From Octopus sinensis (Eukaryota): a stretch of 64,000 bases of DNA. Of the stretch, positions 14,246 through 26,039 are shown piece after piece (the stretch's first letter is position 1; every line of letters starts with the position of its first letter). The DNA lies in NCBI RefSeq assembly GCF_006345805.1, contig NC_042998.1:28582001-28646000 (forward strand), in the 5' to 3' direction. Below the pieces are notes generated by a model that had not been told where the DNA came from, did not search any database, and was given only the letters and a program-made list of their open reading frames with translations. A program made the position numbers and the translations under genes.

Positions 14246-14861
14246 GCCTACGGAAAAGACCACGGTAACCTCGGTCAATGGAGTCACATGTTATATTTCT
14301 TTTTTTTTTTTTTTGCGAATAAGCAACTCTCTGTTTTCAATTTCTGGGTTCATAAGATCATGCTCAAGGTGGCTTCGTCATTCATACGTGCCATTCTTGC
14401 TACATTCACCCATCTTTTTTTAAAACATTCGCTAGACAAAACTTGCCTCTCTACTCTCACTTTCCTTTTCAAGTGGTACTTGAAGAAGTTGATGAGAGAT
14501 TGACCAGAGAGGAAAGTGTTTGTCTCCAGATAGATGGATGGATAGTCGTATTTATCAGTAAAAGTCGTTATTAGTCGCTGAAAAGCGGGGCCCGGACAAA
14601 AAGAATCGTCTCCAATTAAATACCATGTGCTTTACCGAGCATTTAAATGGCTCCATTTGCGCATTTGAAAACGCTTTCTGACAGAGGCATTTAAAATATG
14701 TAATATTAATTCGCTACGAGTTTAATGCTTATGTCAAAAGACACTTGGAAACGTCAAAAGGAAAATGTTATGATTTCGAGGTTTTACCTTGCTCAGTTGG
14801 TCATCTCTTGTTATAGTCGTTTAGTATCAGTGTTTCAACAACTATAACCCAGAAAAACAAA

Positions 14862-15090
14862 GGCGGCGAGCTGGCAGAATCGTTAGCACGCCGGGCGAAA
14901 TGCCTAGCCGTATTTCGTCTGCCGTTACGTTCTGAGTTCAAATCTCGCCGAGGTCGACTTTGCCTTTCATCCTTTCGGGGTCGATAAATTAAGTACCAGT
15001 TACGCACTTGGGTCGATGTAATCGACTTAATCCGTTTGTCTGTCCTAGTTTGTCCCCTCTGTGTTTGGCCCTTTGTGGGTAATAAAGAAA
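14862..15090 (+). mobile_element. SINE family A with 13-bp TSD
   Basis: TATAACCCAGAAA at 14843-14855 and 15093-15105. Confidence 0.87.
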
Positions 15091-15499
15091 CATATAACCC
15101 AGAAAGACGATGTCAGACAAATAGCTGCAGCGGTTGTGTATCATGTACATTATTAAGTAATGTTAGCTTTATGTTCAGAATGGTTTAGTAAATCGCTAGC
15201 ATTAGTATAATTTTATGCCTTGCGGAGCAAATGGACAAACTAAAGCCTTTAGTTTTTCATTACATTTTCAGAAAAAAAAAATGATTAGTTATTCGTTAGG
15301 TTATCTTTCTTTTATTTCAATGCGCTTTCATTTTAATTATGCGTGTAGAATTCAAGGCGCCAGATATTTTGAATCAGAAATGTAAATATTAGCATTATTG
15401 CACACTACGGTTTTTTGAAATGAGAAAATTATATTCACAGGTCAATATTCAGCGTGCTATCATTTTCTCTCAATGATTTTGTAACATCTGTGATGCATG

Positions 15500-15910
15500 G
15501 AATCAATCAAGCGCTGGCAACGAGAAATGGGAATTTGTTCCCGTGCTTCTTTGATCACGTTGAACAGATTGTTGAGAATCGACGGTTTCTAAGCTTTGAT
15601 GTCATCATCGACTTCATTTCAGATATTTCGATCGAAATGAGGTCAGGGGATCCAGCAAGCCAGGACATTAGACTAACATTCTGTTTTTTTTTAAATATCC
15701 GAAATGGTCTGTTTCAGTGAACATGCGGTATATTTGTGGTCGTTGCTATAAATTATGGTCCCTTTGAGCAACAACTCGTCATTCGACTTGGGCAAATAAA
15801 CGTTTCTCAAGATACTTTTGTATACATCTTTAACTGTGGTAATGGTGTTGCATTAAACAGGATCAGAATTTTGAACTGAAAATCTTCTTCAGATCATAGC
15901 ACTCCCACTT
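15500..15910 (-). pseudogene. Highly decayed Tc1 transposase remnant
   Basis: Minus-strand pieces ILRNVYLPKS...IIYSNDHKYTA and SWLAGSPDLISIE resemble Tc1 FQQDNDPKHT and WPxxSPDLNPIE. Confidence 0.6.
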
Positions 15911-16019
15911 ATTTACGGTGGTCTAAAATCAGCTGCAACTCTCTCTCTCCTTCTCTTTCTCTCCCCCTCTCTCTTTCTCTCTCTCTTTCTCTCTGCTCTG
16001 CTCTTGCTCGATGTGGCTC

Positions 16020-16135
16020 GGGTCGTCATAGAGACGTCATCGTGCATTGAGCCAACCAGGTCCACCAATGACCACCATCGTTGGCTGTCCCGTTCCAGCC
16101 CCCCCCCCCGCATGCTCAAAGGTGACGTCAAGTCT
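16020..16135. promoter_or_regulatory. Promoter-like GC-rich patch with CRE and CCAAT motifs
   Basis: TGACGTCA 16123-16130, AGACGTCA 16032-16039, CCAAT 16065-16069, next to a CT-rich tract; motif evidence only. Confidence 0.3.
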
Positions 16136-16469
16136 CTAGATATTTTCATTAATCACGTCCAGCCATCTGGTGCGGGGTCTACCATGAGGCCTCTTCCAGT
16201 TTATAGATACGAGCCGGTTGAACTTGTGGCATTGCCACAATTGAATTGCCTTTACATTAAATCTGCTGGATCAACAAGCGAGGATATCTCCATTTGGTCT
16301 CTAGACCTGCTAGAAATAGCTCAGAATGATTCAGTTGATTCAGGGAGTTCAAACGACCACATCATTAGAAAACGTAATCCGTATAAACCGGTTTACCAAT
16401 CAAAAGAAGGGACGTTCAAGACCAGAAAGCCTTTAACCTAATGTTAGACTGCGTTAAAATAATTCTTTT

Positions 16470-18045
16470 TTACTCAAGACACAAGACCCGAAATGTTTGG
16501 GGAGGGACCAGTCGATTAGATCGACCCCGGTATGAAACTGGTACTTAATTTAACGACTCCGAAAGGATGAAAGGCAAAGTCGACTTCGGTGGATTTTGAA
16601 CTCAGAACGTAAAGACAGACGAAATACCGCTTAGCATTTCGCCCGGCTTGCTAACGTTTCTGCCAGTTCACCTTTAAAATGGACAATATTCTTTTCTATT
16701 CTAGGCACAAGGCCCGAAATTTGGTGGGAGGAGGCCAGTCAATTAAATCAACACAAGTACACAACTGGTACTTAATTTATCGACCCCGAAAGGTTGAAAG
16801 GCAAAGTCGACCTCGGTGAAAGTTTGATATCAATTACAAAAAGGATAAAGGCAGCGAGCTGGCAGCAACGTTAGCACGCCGGGCGAAATGCTTAGCGGTA
16901 TTTCGTCTGCCGTTACGTTGTGAGTTCAAATTCCGCCGAGGTCGGTCGATAAATTAAGTACCAGTTACGCACTGGGGTCGATGTAATTGACTTAATACCT
17001 ATGTCTGTCCTTGTTTGTCCCCTCTGTGTTTAGCCCCTTGTGGGTAATAAAGAAATAGGTATTTCATCTGTCTTTATGCTCTGAGTTCAAATTCCGCCGA
17101 GGTCGACTTTGCCTTTCATCTTTTCAGGGGTCGATGAATTAAGTACCAGTTGCGTCTTGGGGTCGATCTAATCGACTAGCCCCACTTTCCCAAAATTTCG
17201 GGCCTTGTGCCTAGAGTAGAAAAGAATTACAAAATGGATCGAAAACTGTTGTTTATCTCATTTTATTCATCATACCTCTGAATAAGAATAACACTCTTTC
17301 ATCCCGAACATTGGTGTGAATTTTCTTAAACGTTAAACTATCAACATACACAAGATACCTTTGCAGCCCACAGTTAGAGATCACCGGTTTGGCTTGGTTT
17401 GGTTTAAATAGTTGACTGGCAGCCATTCAGTTATGTTATAGCAACAACCAGCAGATTACAGTGGGTGCTTGATAATTCTAAACTACATAAAATCAACCAA
17501 CAAAAAGAAGAAAAATCAAATTCGTCTATAAATCTTAAGGTTGTGCTCCAGCATTGCCGCAGTCAAAGTGACTGAAACAGGTGAAAAATCTGTATTGAAG
17601 AATAAAGTGACATATTTTCTGAAATTCTAAATGAAATACTGCTTTGTTAATTAGCTACAATGATATAATCTTTTCTTCTCTAGGCACAAGCCTCGAAATT
17701 TTGAGGGTGGGAGCCAATCGATTAGATGGACCACAGTACGCAACTGGTACTTAATTTATCGACCCCAAAAGAATGAAAGGCAAATTCGACCTCGGCAGAA
17801 TTTGAGCTCAGAACGTAGCGGCAGACGAAATATCGCTAAGCATTTTGCCCGGCGTGCTAACGTTTCTTATTTCTTTATTGCCCAAAAGGGTCTAAACATA
17901 GAGGGGACAGACAAGGAGAGACAAAGGGATTAAGTTGATTGCATCGACCCCAGTGCGTAACTGGTACTTAATTTATCGACCCCGCTAGGATGAAAGGCAA
18001 AGTCGACCTCAGCGAAATTTGAACTCAGAACGTAACGGCAGACGA
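16470..18045. mobile_element. Cluster of SINE family A copies on both strands
   Basis: Minus copies ~16470-16665, 16690-16820, 17680-18045; plus dimer ~16845-17225. Confidence 0.82.
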
Positions 18046-18904
18046 AATATATATATATATATAAATGGTTAGAGGAGATGTACACACACACACTCACATA
18101 TATGTGTATGGACATATCTGCATAAATATGTGTGTATACATACATCCGCACACCTATATATATAGATAGACAGAGAGATAAAGATACATATCTGTGCACA
18201 TCTGTCTGTGTGTCTTTGTGCCCCTCTGTGTGTGGGTACAGGTTTGTATGCATTCGATGAGAGAAAAACTGTACTAAACCGTTGCTCAATTATCATATCA
18301 GGTTTCTTTCGTGTTTCTTTACAAAATCTGACCAATATTTTTATGTAAAATATAATTGAACGCTTGTTCAATGAATCTGCTTAGTGTTTGGTTGGTGCCA
18401 TTTACATTCTTAGGCCAAACTTTGCCGAGGTCAGCTGCGTCTTTCGACGTTTTGGGTCGATAAAATATAATACAAAAGCAGAGATAAATAAAATCTGCAT
18501 TTTTTATACAGCAAGTTTGAGTTGTTGTGTCTGTATCAGATATTAATATTTGAAAGAACACTAATTACATGACGCCACAACAATATTTTACAGCAAAAAT
18601 AATATATATATATATATATATATATATCAAATATCAAGAATGAAAATTTACAAAATGTCAGCCAACCATTTAAGATATTTTTTTCTTGGCACGATATCTG
18701 ATTTTATAGAAGATGGCGGAGTTCGGATGGAAAAACAGGAGGTACAAAGATAAGAATTTTTTATACATATTAGTAAGAACCGTAAATGTCCACTCATTTT
18801 CTTCATCAAAATGAAGAGTACAATTTGTGGGTGTCTAATACGTATAACTGCATAACGAAGTTTTTCACAAGATACTTTAATAAAAACAAATCACAATGTA
18901 TATT

Positions 18905-19112
18905 TTAGTTACTCTCTTTTACTGTTTTGCTTGTTTCAGTCATTTGACTGAGGCCATGCTGGGGCACCGCCTTTAGTCGAGCAAATCGACCTCGGGACTT
19001 ATTCTTTGTAAGCCCAGTACTTATTCTATCCATCTCTTCTGCCGAACCGCTAAGTGACGGGAACGTAAACACATCAGCATCGGTTGTCAAGCAATGCTAG
19101 TGGGACACACAA

Positions 19113-19151
<39 letters not shown>

Positions 19152-19290
19152 TATATACGATGGGCTTCTTTCAGTTTCCGTCAACCAAATCCAGTCAAAG
19201 GCTTTGGTCGGCCCGAAGCTATAGTTGAAGACACTTGCCCAAGGTGCCACGCAGTGGGACTGAACCCTGAACCATGTGGTTCAGCCACTC
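18905..19290 (-). mobile_element. SINE family C
   Basis: Homologous to 7025-7440. Confidence 0.85.
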
Positions 19291-19323
19291 CTTTTATCTT
19301 AAATTTTATTTTGCATCAATATA

Positions 19324-19711
19324 TCTTTATATATAAAAGAAAGGTTGTGTGTCTGTCTACTCCGATTTAGATTCCTAACTACTCCCACATTTTGCGATGC
19401 AGTTTAACCAAAACTGGGTATCTTATAGTCGTGATTCATATCGAGCCATTCTGGGTATTAGCGCGCGTCTACGATGAGTCTACGATTTTAAAAATAATTT
19501 ACCATCATTTTTTCCCATTTTAATGCATATTTATTTTTAAATAAAGGGAAGTAACTCTCTAAAAATGTCTACGATGAGTCAACGATGTAAAAAAAAATTT
19601 ACCATAATTTTTTTTCCATTTTTAATGCATTTTTTGCTATTTTTAACTCTCTAAAAATGCTTTATAGTTATTTCCCTTACAAACCCGAGCAACGCCGGGC
19701 GATACTGCTAG
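19324..19711 (+). mobile_element. Non-autonomous Helitron (second subfamily)
   Basis: 5' TCTTTATATATAAAA, same 3' end AAACCCGAGCAACGCCGGGCGATACTGCTAG, A|T insertion. Confidence 0.78.
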
Positions 19712-19743
19712 TTTTAGATAAAAGAAAAATATATAAAACCGAC

Positions 19744-20938
19744 TACAGTGGAGCTTCTATACACGAACATAATTCGTTTTGGCGTCATGTTCGTTAGCCG
19801 AACCGTTCGTTAACCAAACCGTTCGTTACACGAATAATAGGTATACACATAATTAGGTATAATTCTTTAAGCTACATAAATCGCATGAACTAAAGCTATA
19901 TTTGTCAATCTGTCAACAACAAATATAAATGTGTGTGCGTGTGTAAGTGTGTGTGTGTTTATGTGAAAGAAGAAGAAGGTAGTCAGAATTCTAGATAATT
20001 TTTTATTAGCGCTTTCGTCTCATTCACGGGACCCCACAGATACAAGTTTTACGGAAAATTTCTTTGCCTTTTATACAAATGTAAAAAAGGATATTTTTTG
20101 TTGTCTTGTTATCGGTTGTCAAGCAATGCTAGGGAGACAAACACAGACACACAAACATATACACACACATACACACACACACACATATATATATATACAC
20201 ATATACGACAGGCTTCTTTCAGTTTCCGTCTACCAAATCCACTTACAAGGCATTGGTCGGCCCGGGGCTATAGCAGAAGACACTTGCCCAAGATGCCACG
20301 CAGTGGGACTGAACCCGGAACCATGTGGTCGGTAAACAAGCTACTTACCACACAGCCACTCCTACGCCACACACACACATGCGTGTATGTAAGAAATAAA
20401 TGAATAAAGAAAGAAAGAAAGAAATGAAAAAGAAATGAAGAAAGAACTGTGATTTGTAACTTTTTCTCAGGTGTTAATGATATTCCGACATTTCAGTTTA
20501 AAGAAAGGGTGGAAGAAAGACAGGAAGAAGGACCTGAAAGAAAGACAGAGAAAGGTTAACGAATCGTTTGTACACACTCTCGCAGCCACTTATATGCGTG
20601 CGTTGTCTGATCATCAAAATGTTCAGCTCATTAACTGATTATGATTTTCGTCAGAACAAAACTGTTCCCTATACAATTTATTCATTTAGCGTCCTATTCG
20701 TAAATATTCTGCTGGCAATTATACGCGTGTGTCGCCTACTAGTGATTTGTTGTTCATAATTCAACTCGTTAAGCGAATGGGCTCCCTGTCACTATTGCGC
20801 CTGTGCAGTCTGTTCGTTGTTCGTTGACCAAATTCCAGCTCGTTATGCAAGTTTAATATATTAGCAAGTAAAAAGAAGTTCGTTCTTAATTTGTTCGTTA
20901 GATAATCGTTCGTATATTCGTACATTCGTGATCCACGG
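19744..20938. mobile_element. Possible Tigger/pogo-like non-autonomous element with nested SINE-C (20110-20367)
   Basis: Left TACAGTGGAGCTTCTATACACGAAC and right revcomp CCGTGGATCACGAATGTACGAA resemble CAGTGG-type TIRs; subterminal TTCGTT repeats at both ends. Confidence 0.42.
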
Positions 20939-21130
20939 AAAATACAATTACATGCATACATACATATACACACATACACACACAGATACACACACAGATA
21001 CATACATACATACATACATACATACATGCATACATACGTACATACATACATACATATATACGTACATATATGTAACCAACCAAGTGCTTTTCTCGGTTTA
21101 TTTTCCCTCTCCGGATCTTTCCTTTCACTT

Positions 21131-21165
21131 CTCTCTGACGAAGAGCCGTACTCGAAACGTTATAC
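21131..21165 (+). ncRNA. Minimal hammerhead core with unpaired stem I
   Basis: CTGACGA-A-GAG/CCGTA/CTC-GAAACGTT; flanks CTCT/ATAC pair poorly. Confidence 0.45.
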
Positions 21166-21310
21166 ACCCACTCTTTGCGTTCTTTTGACTCTCGTTCTTT
21201 TTTATATTTTTGATTTGCCCATGTATATATATATAAATGAAAAGAATGGAGTCGAAGGAAGATTTTATCCATACTAGGATAATTCATTCATCTACTTAAA
21301 TATATATATA

Positions 21311-21341
<31 letters not shown>

Positions 21342-21453
21342 CATACATACATACATACATACATACATACATACATACTTACATACATACATGCATACAT
21401 ACATACATACACACACACACGCACACACACACACACAACACACACATATATAT

Positions 21454-21710
21454 ATTAATAAATTTTAGGGTAGCAAAAAATTCTAGAAAAATTCTCCGCT
21501 ACCAGCGGTCAAGTGAGAAAGAAAAATAGTCAATAGACTATATAATATACATTCAAATATATAAGGAATTGCCATAATAGGACATTCGACTCACTAGAAA
21601 GAGCAGTTAAACTCCAAACCACTAATAGTAATAATATTTTTTCTTTCTCACTTGACCGCTGGTTGCGGGGAATTTTTCTAGAATTTTTTGCTACCCTAAA
21701 ATTTATTAAT
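21454..21710. repeat. Fold-back: ~75-bp inverted arms (21454-21528 / 21635-21710)
   Basis: AATAAATTTTAGGGTAGCAAAAAATTCTAG... vs ...CTAGAATTTTTTGCTACCCTAAAATTTATT; spacer is itself inverted at 21981-22075. Confidence 0.92.
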
Positions 21711-21860
21711 TAATGATTTTTTGGCTAATTTTGAAATTAAATCGGCAGTTTATATTTGCTGCTGAGAAAACCGCGCGAGTGTGGTGGATTTTGAAAAGTT
21801 GTAGCATATAGACACGAAGCATGGTTATTATCGCTTCGTGACTATATGGTAGTTCTTGGT

Positions 21861-21941
21861 TTTCTGCTGAAGAGGCACGCCAGTTGTAGATAAATTTAAT
21901 TTATTTGCTAAAGATTGCCGAAACTATGCATAGTCCAGAAA
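21861..21941 (+). ncRNA. Type I hammerhead ribozyme, apparently intact
   Basis: TTTCTG-CTGAAGA-GGCA...TGCC-GAAA-CTATGCATAG-TC-CAGAAA: 6-bp stem I, 4-bp stem II, palindromic stem III, GUC site (predicted cut after 21935). Confidence 0.9.
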
Positions 21942-22063
21942 GGAGAGGGTAAACGTTTTTATTTCTCTTTCCATTTCAGAATTACAACTATTAGAGGTTT
22001 GGAGTTTAACTGCTCTTTCTAGTGAGTCGAATGTCCTATTATGGTCATTCCTTATATATTTGA

Positions 22064-22117
<54 letters not shown>

Positions 22118-22344
22118 ATACATATATGTATCTAATGTAGGATAAATTTTTTTTCGAAAAAAATTTTATCAATGGCCAGCATATTAAAAAATACCTTTAA
22201 AGTTTAAATTATAAACAACTTATAAATAAGGGCAAATGAAAAAATTACCATATAATATGGTAATGGACAATATATCCAATTTTCCGCATATTTGGCATTA
22301 GAAATTTTTTCGTTTACCCTTATTTATAAGTTATATATATATAA

Positions 22345-22414
<70 letters not shown>

Positions 22415-23052
22415 ATATATTCAACTTAATAGGATAACGGATATACTTAAATAATTCCTGTTAATGGCATATCATCGTTTTTGAAAGACATTTAACATGA
22501 AATCATTGTAAAATTGATCGGTTAATTGCATATCCAAGTAAATTAATTGCTTAACTTTATTTTTTCTGAGTAAAGTAAATATTTGAAGAAATCTAGCGTA
22601 AAATTAAACGTTTATTTGATTTGTTATGAATAAAGTGAAGCAGGAAGCTTCTGCTTTGGTGTAGAGTTAAAACGACAGTAGTCAGTGCTTCGTGTTTACA
22701 AACAATCAGAGTTAAAAAGCCGAATGTATTCAAGTTGTTCTTACAATTTCAATACATTAGAGATGACGGAATTTCAGATTTCGGTGTAAATTCATCGTGT
22801 GTTAGTTGTGTATTTAATTTCTTCGATGAATCACTCTTTCATGTTTATATCTTTTGTTAAGAGGTCATTTGAATGAACCTGAGAATGAGTGGTATATTGT
22901 TGTTTTCATTATCGATTACGTTAGCCGCTAATCGATCAAGTTAAATTTTCTTTAACGAGTAGGGCTCTGAATCAGATTGCACTCGATTTTTGAGACCACA
23001 CATATATACATATATATACATATATATACATATATATATATATATAATATAT

Positions 23053-23114
<62 letters not shown>

Positions 23115-23219
23115 TATATATGTAGGGAAAGTTTACGAAAAAAAAAAAACAAAAGACGAAGACAGGTGGTGTACAAAACAAACAGATGTATTAGTATAGC
23201 GCTCAGGAATAGAAGAAGT

Positions 23220-23255
23220 CTTTTACGCTTCGAGCCTACGCTCTTCTACAGAAAG
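23220..23255 (-). ncRNA. Degenerate minimal hammerhead motif
   Basis: Minus CTTT-CTGTAGA-A-GAG/CGTAGG/CTC-GAAGCGTA-AAAG; two core substitutions. Confidence 0.4.
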
Positions 23256-23571
23256 GTACACAGAAAAAACAAGGAGAAAAAAGATGTGTAGTGGCTAACG
23301 ATCTATCATGGCGTCTGACTCGGACAAAAAATGCATATATATATATATATATATACACATACATACATACATACATACATACATACATACATACATACAT
23401 ACATACATACATACAAGCAAAGATGTAAGCGTGGTGTGGTGAGGTGTGTGTGTGAGTGTATAATCTGCCTAGAGTTATCTTCAGTATTTCCCATCGAGGA
23501 AGGTTAACGAGCCGGAAACGCGGGTCTGGGCAACCGCTAGAAGAAAGCATTGAGTAGACAAGATTCTTTTG

Positions 23572-23968
23572 CGAGCTGGCAGAATCGTTAGCACGCCGGG
23601 CGAAATGCTCAGCGGTATTTCGTCTGCCGTTACATTCTGAGTTCAAATTCCGCCGAGGTCGACTTTGCCTTTCATGCTTTCGGGGTCGATTAAATAAGTA
23701 CCAGTTATGCACTGGGGTCGATCTAATCGACTTAATCCGTTTGTCTGTCCTTGTTTGTTCCCTCTGTGTTTAACCACTTGTGGGTAGTAAAGAAATAGGT
23801 ATTTCGTCTGCCGTAACGTTCTGAGTTCAAATTCCGCCGAGGTCGACTTTACTTTTCATCCTTTCAGGGTCGATAAATTAAGTACCAGTCACGCATAGGG
23901 GACTTAATCCCTTTGTCTGTCTTTGTTTCTCCCCGCTGTGTGTAGCTCCTTGTGGGTAATAAAGAAAT
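23572..23968 (+). mobile_element. Dimeric SINE family A
   Basis: Head, body+tail, GGTATTTCGTCTG at 23798, body+tail. Confidence 0.85.
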
Positions 23969-24099
23969 AAGATATGATGCTTTTGCACCTTTTGCTTTAA
24001 ATGGGGATTTTATATCCACATTAGCTCGGCAATAATATTTCATTTTACAATTTAAATTATGTTTGTGATATATTTTAACTAACCTTAAGTTCGTACGTG

Positions 24100-24370
24100 C
24101 ATGCAGAGATACATGAGGGCCGTCCACTCGTGGCCGAGGAAGAGCATTGGTGACCTTCAGGAACATTGTGCGCTGTAAGACTAACTTATATTTTGCATTT
24201 GCGGTTCCGTTGAGTCCTGCTCTTCTTGACAAGCATACACGACTGCAAACATTGCAAACCAAGCTTTCCCTATTCACTACATCAGCAGTGTGCTTTCGAG
24301 CATCACGCTTTACTTCTTCATGAAGAATACCTGCTTTTTCAAAGGTGTCGACCCTCTCCTTAACCTGCAG
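24100..24370 (-). mobile_element. RTE-clade LINE 3' coding end
   Basis: VKERVDTFEKAGILHEEVKRDARK...LVCNVCSRVCLSRRAGL resembles the RTE C-terminal CxxCxRxCxSxxGL motif. Confidence 0.72.
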
Positions 24371-24411
24371 ACATACATACGTACATACATACACATACAT
24401 ACATACATACC

Positions 24412-24463
<52 letters not shown>

Positions 24464-24467
24464 ACAC

Positions 24468-24520
<53 letters not shown>

Positions 24521-24556
24521 CATAATCAAAATAAGCAACAAGGATATCCAGAGTTA

Positions 24557-24646
24557 ATGCAGTACGATCGTTTCATGCGACTCCGTTTAATTGAACTATG
24601 CAAGTATTACATCAGTTTTAAAATGTAGAGCAATCTTCAGTTGCAT
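24557..24646 (-). ncRNA. Hammerhead-like motif (left arm of palindrome)
   Basis: Minus ATGCAA-CTGAAGA-TTGC...GCAT-GAAA-CGATCG-TA-CTGCAT; A-C and U-U mismatches at helix bases. Confidence 0.6.
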
Positions 24647-24752
24647 ACAAATATAGAATTTAGTTAAATTTAGAAGATTCATTTTTATAGTTATTCCATT
24701 AACCAAAATCACAAAAATGTATCTTTTAAATTTAACTAAATTCTATATTTGT

Positions 24753-24842
24753 ATGCAACTGAAGATTGCTCTACATTTTAAAACTGATTTGATACTTGCA
24801 TTGTTCAATTAAATGGAGTCGCATGAAACAATTGTACTGCAT
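24753..24842 (+). ncRNA. Hammerhead-like motif (right arm of palindrome)
   Basis: ATGCAA-CTGAAGA-TTGC...GCAT-GAAA-CAATTG-TA-CTGCAT. Confidence 0.6.
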
Positions 24843-24872
24843 TACCTCTGGATATCCTTGTTGCTTATTTTG

Positions 24873-25093
24873 ATTATAATCCCCCCATTTTGAATTATAT
24901 GGATAATACCATGCTAAATTGTGGTACCTTTAACTTAAGTACCATATTCAACAGAATCTAAATTTTTACTGAACTTATATATATATATATATATGTTCAG
25001 CAAAAATTTAGATTCAAATGAATATGGTACTTAATTTAGATGCACCTGAATTCTGTATGGTGTTATCCATATAAATCCGTGGGTGATTATAAT
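24873..25093. repeat. Imperfect palindrome centred on (TA)n, bounded by ATTATAAT at both ends
   Basis: TTAAGTACCATATTC...GAATCTAAATTTTTACTGAAC-(TA)n-GTTCAGCAAAAATTTAGATTC...GAATATGGTACTTAA. Confidence 0.88.
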
Positions 25094-25120
25094 TAAAATA
25101 AGCAACAAGAATGACTCCGG

Positions 25121-25213
25121 TAATTTGTTACGATCGTTTCGTACTACATCATTTTATTAAATGTTGTAATTATTTCAACAGTTTTAAAATGCTGAGCACT
25201 CATCAGCCAATTA
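25121..25213 (-). ncRNA. Type I hammerhead in left pLTR arm
   Basis: Minus TAATTGG-CTGATGA-GTGCT...AGTAC-GAAA-CGATCG-TA-ACAAATTA; perfect stem II, G-A mismatch at first stem I pair. Confidence 0.8.
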
Positions 25214-26039
25214 TAGAGGTCTTCCATTAATACAAAAATTTTCATATCAAGTGGCAACATTATAGAGAAGGTAGATATATAGACAAAGATGTGGATTTAA
25301 ATTTTAAGAACATTTGAGGTAGTGGAGCCCATCAACTGACTGACTAAGATTCAGTTGTTCCAGACTACTGTAAGGTTCTGAGAGGGAAGAACAAATGAAA
25401 GGAGACAATAAAGATTTTCTATTTATAGAAATGGGGTAAAGGGGATGTCAGAGCTCCATATAAAGGAATTTATGTAGGAAACAGGATTGTCACAACTAAA
25501 TGCCAATTACTACTATTTGATGAACAGATTCAGCGTTAGGAGAACTAGGTCAATGTCAAGTGGTCACAATAACATTCACAGAGAATGCAGAGACCTTACA
25601 AACCCTATGCACATCATCACAACATTTGGTCTATAAGTTCCGAGTACTTTGACACGTTAGAATAAAGGAAAAAATATAAATCTAAAATTTATCCAATTTG
25701 GAGAAAAAGACTATCACTTATTATGAGTAGGCATAGTACTTATTAACTGGGGGGGGGGGGGAAGCCTTATTAATCAAGTCGACATATTAGGGGTCAAAAT
25801 ATATACTAAGAAAGATGGAAGAGGAAAAATCAAAGAAGGAAGATATTCGTAGGTTTAGTAGAAGGTGATTTTATAATATGAATAGAGGTAATTTAGAAGA
25901 GTAAAACATTCAGATTTCATGGATAGTGGAGTTGATATTAATGAATTAAAATATAGGTTCTGTTGGAAATAAAATTTACTACCTGCGGATAAAGGTTAAT
26001 TAGTTATGTAAAAATATCTTAGGTTAATTATATATTAAG

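Larger units (their letters stand above)
24522..24877. repeat. Palindrome with ~157-bp arms, each carrying a hammerhead-like motif
   Basis: ATAATCAAAATAAGCAACAAGGATATCCAGAG... vs ...CTCTGGATATCCTTGTTGCTTATTTTGATTAT; spacer ~24679-24720. Confidence 0.95.

Noticed and set aside
14670-14762. CTGACAGA...GAAACGTC hammerhead-like string
   Set aside because: Core has an insertion and stem II does not close at GAAA
16004-16441. 145-aa ORF as a host gene
   Set aside because: No recognisable domain; includes the dispersed repeat motif GACCTGCTAGAAATAGC also seen near 7525 and 52955
18710-18745. AAGATGGCGG (YY1/start-codon-like) motif
   Set aside because: Isolated 10-mer in an AT-rich context with only a weak donor site
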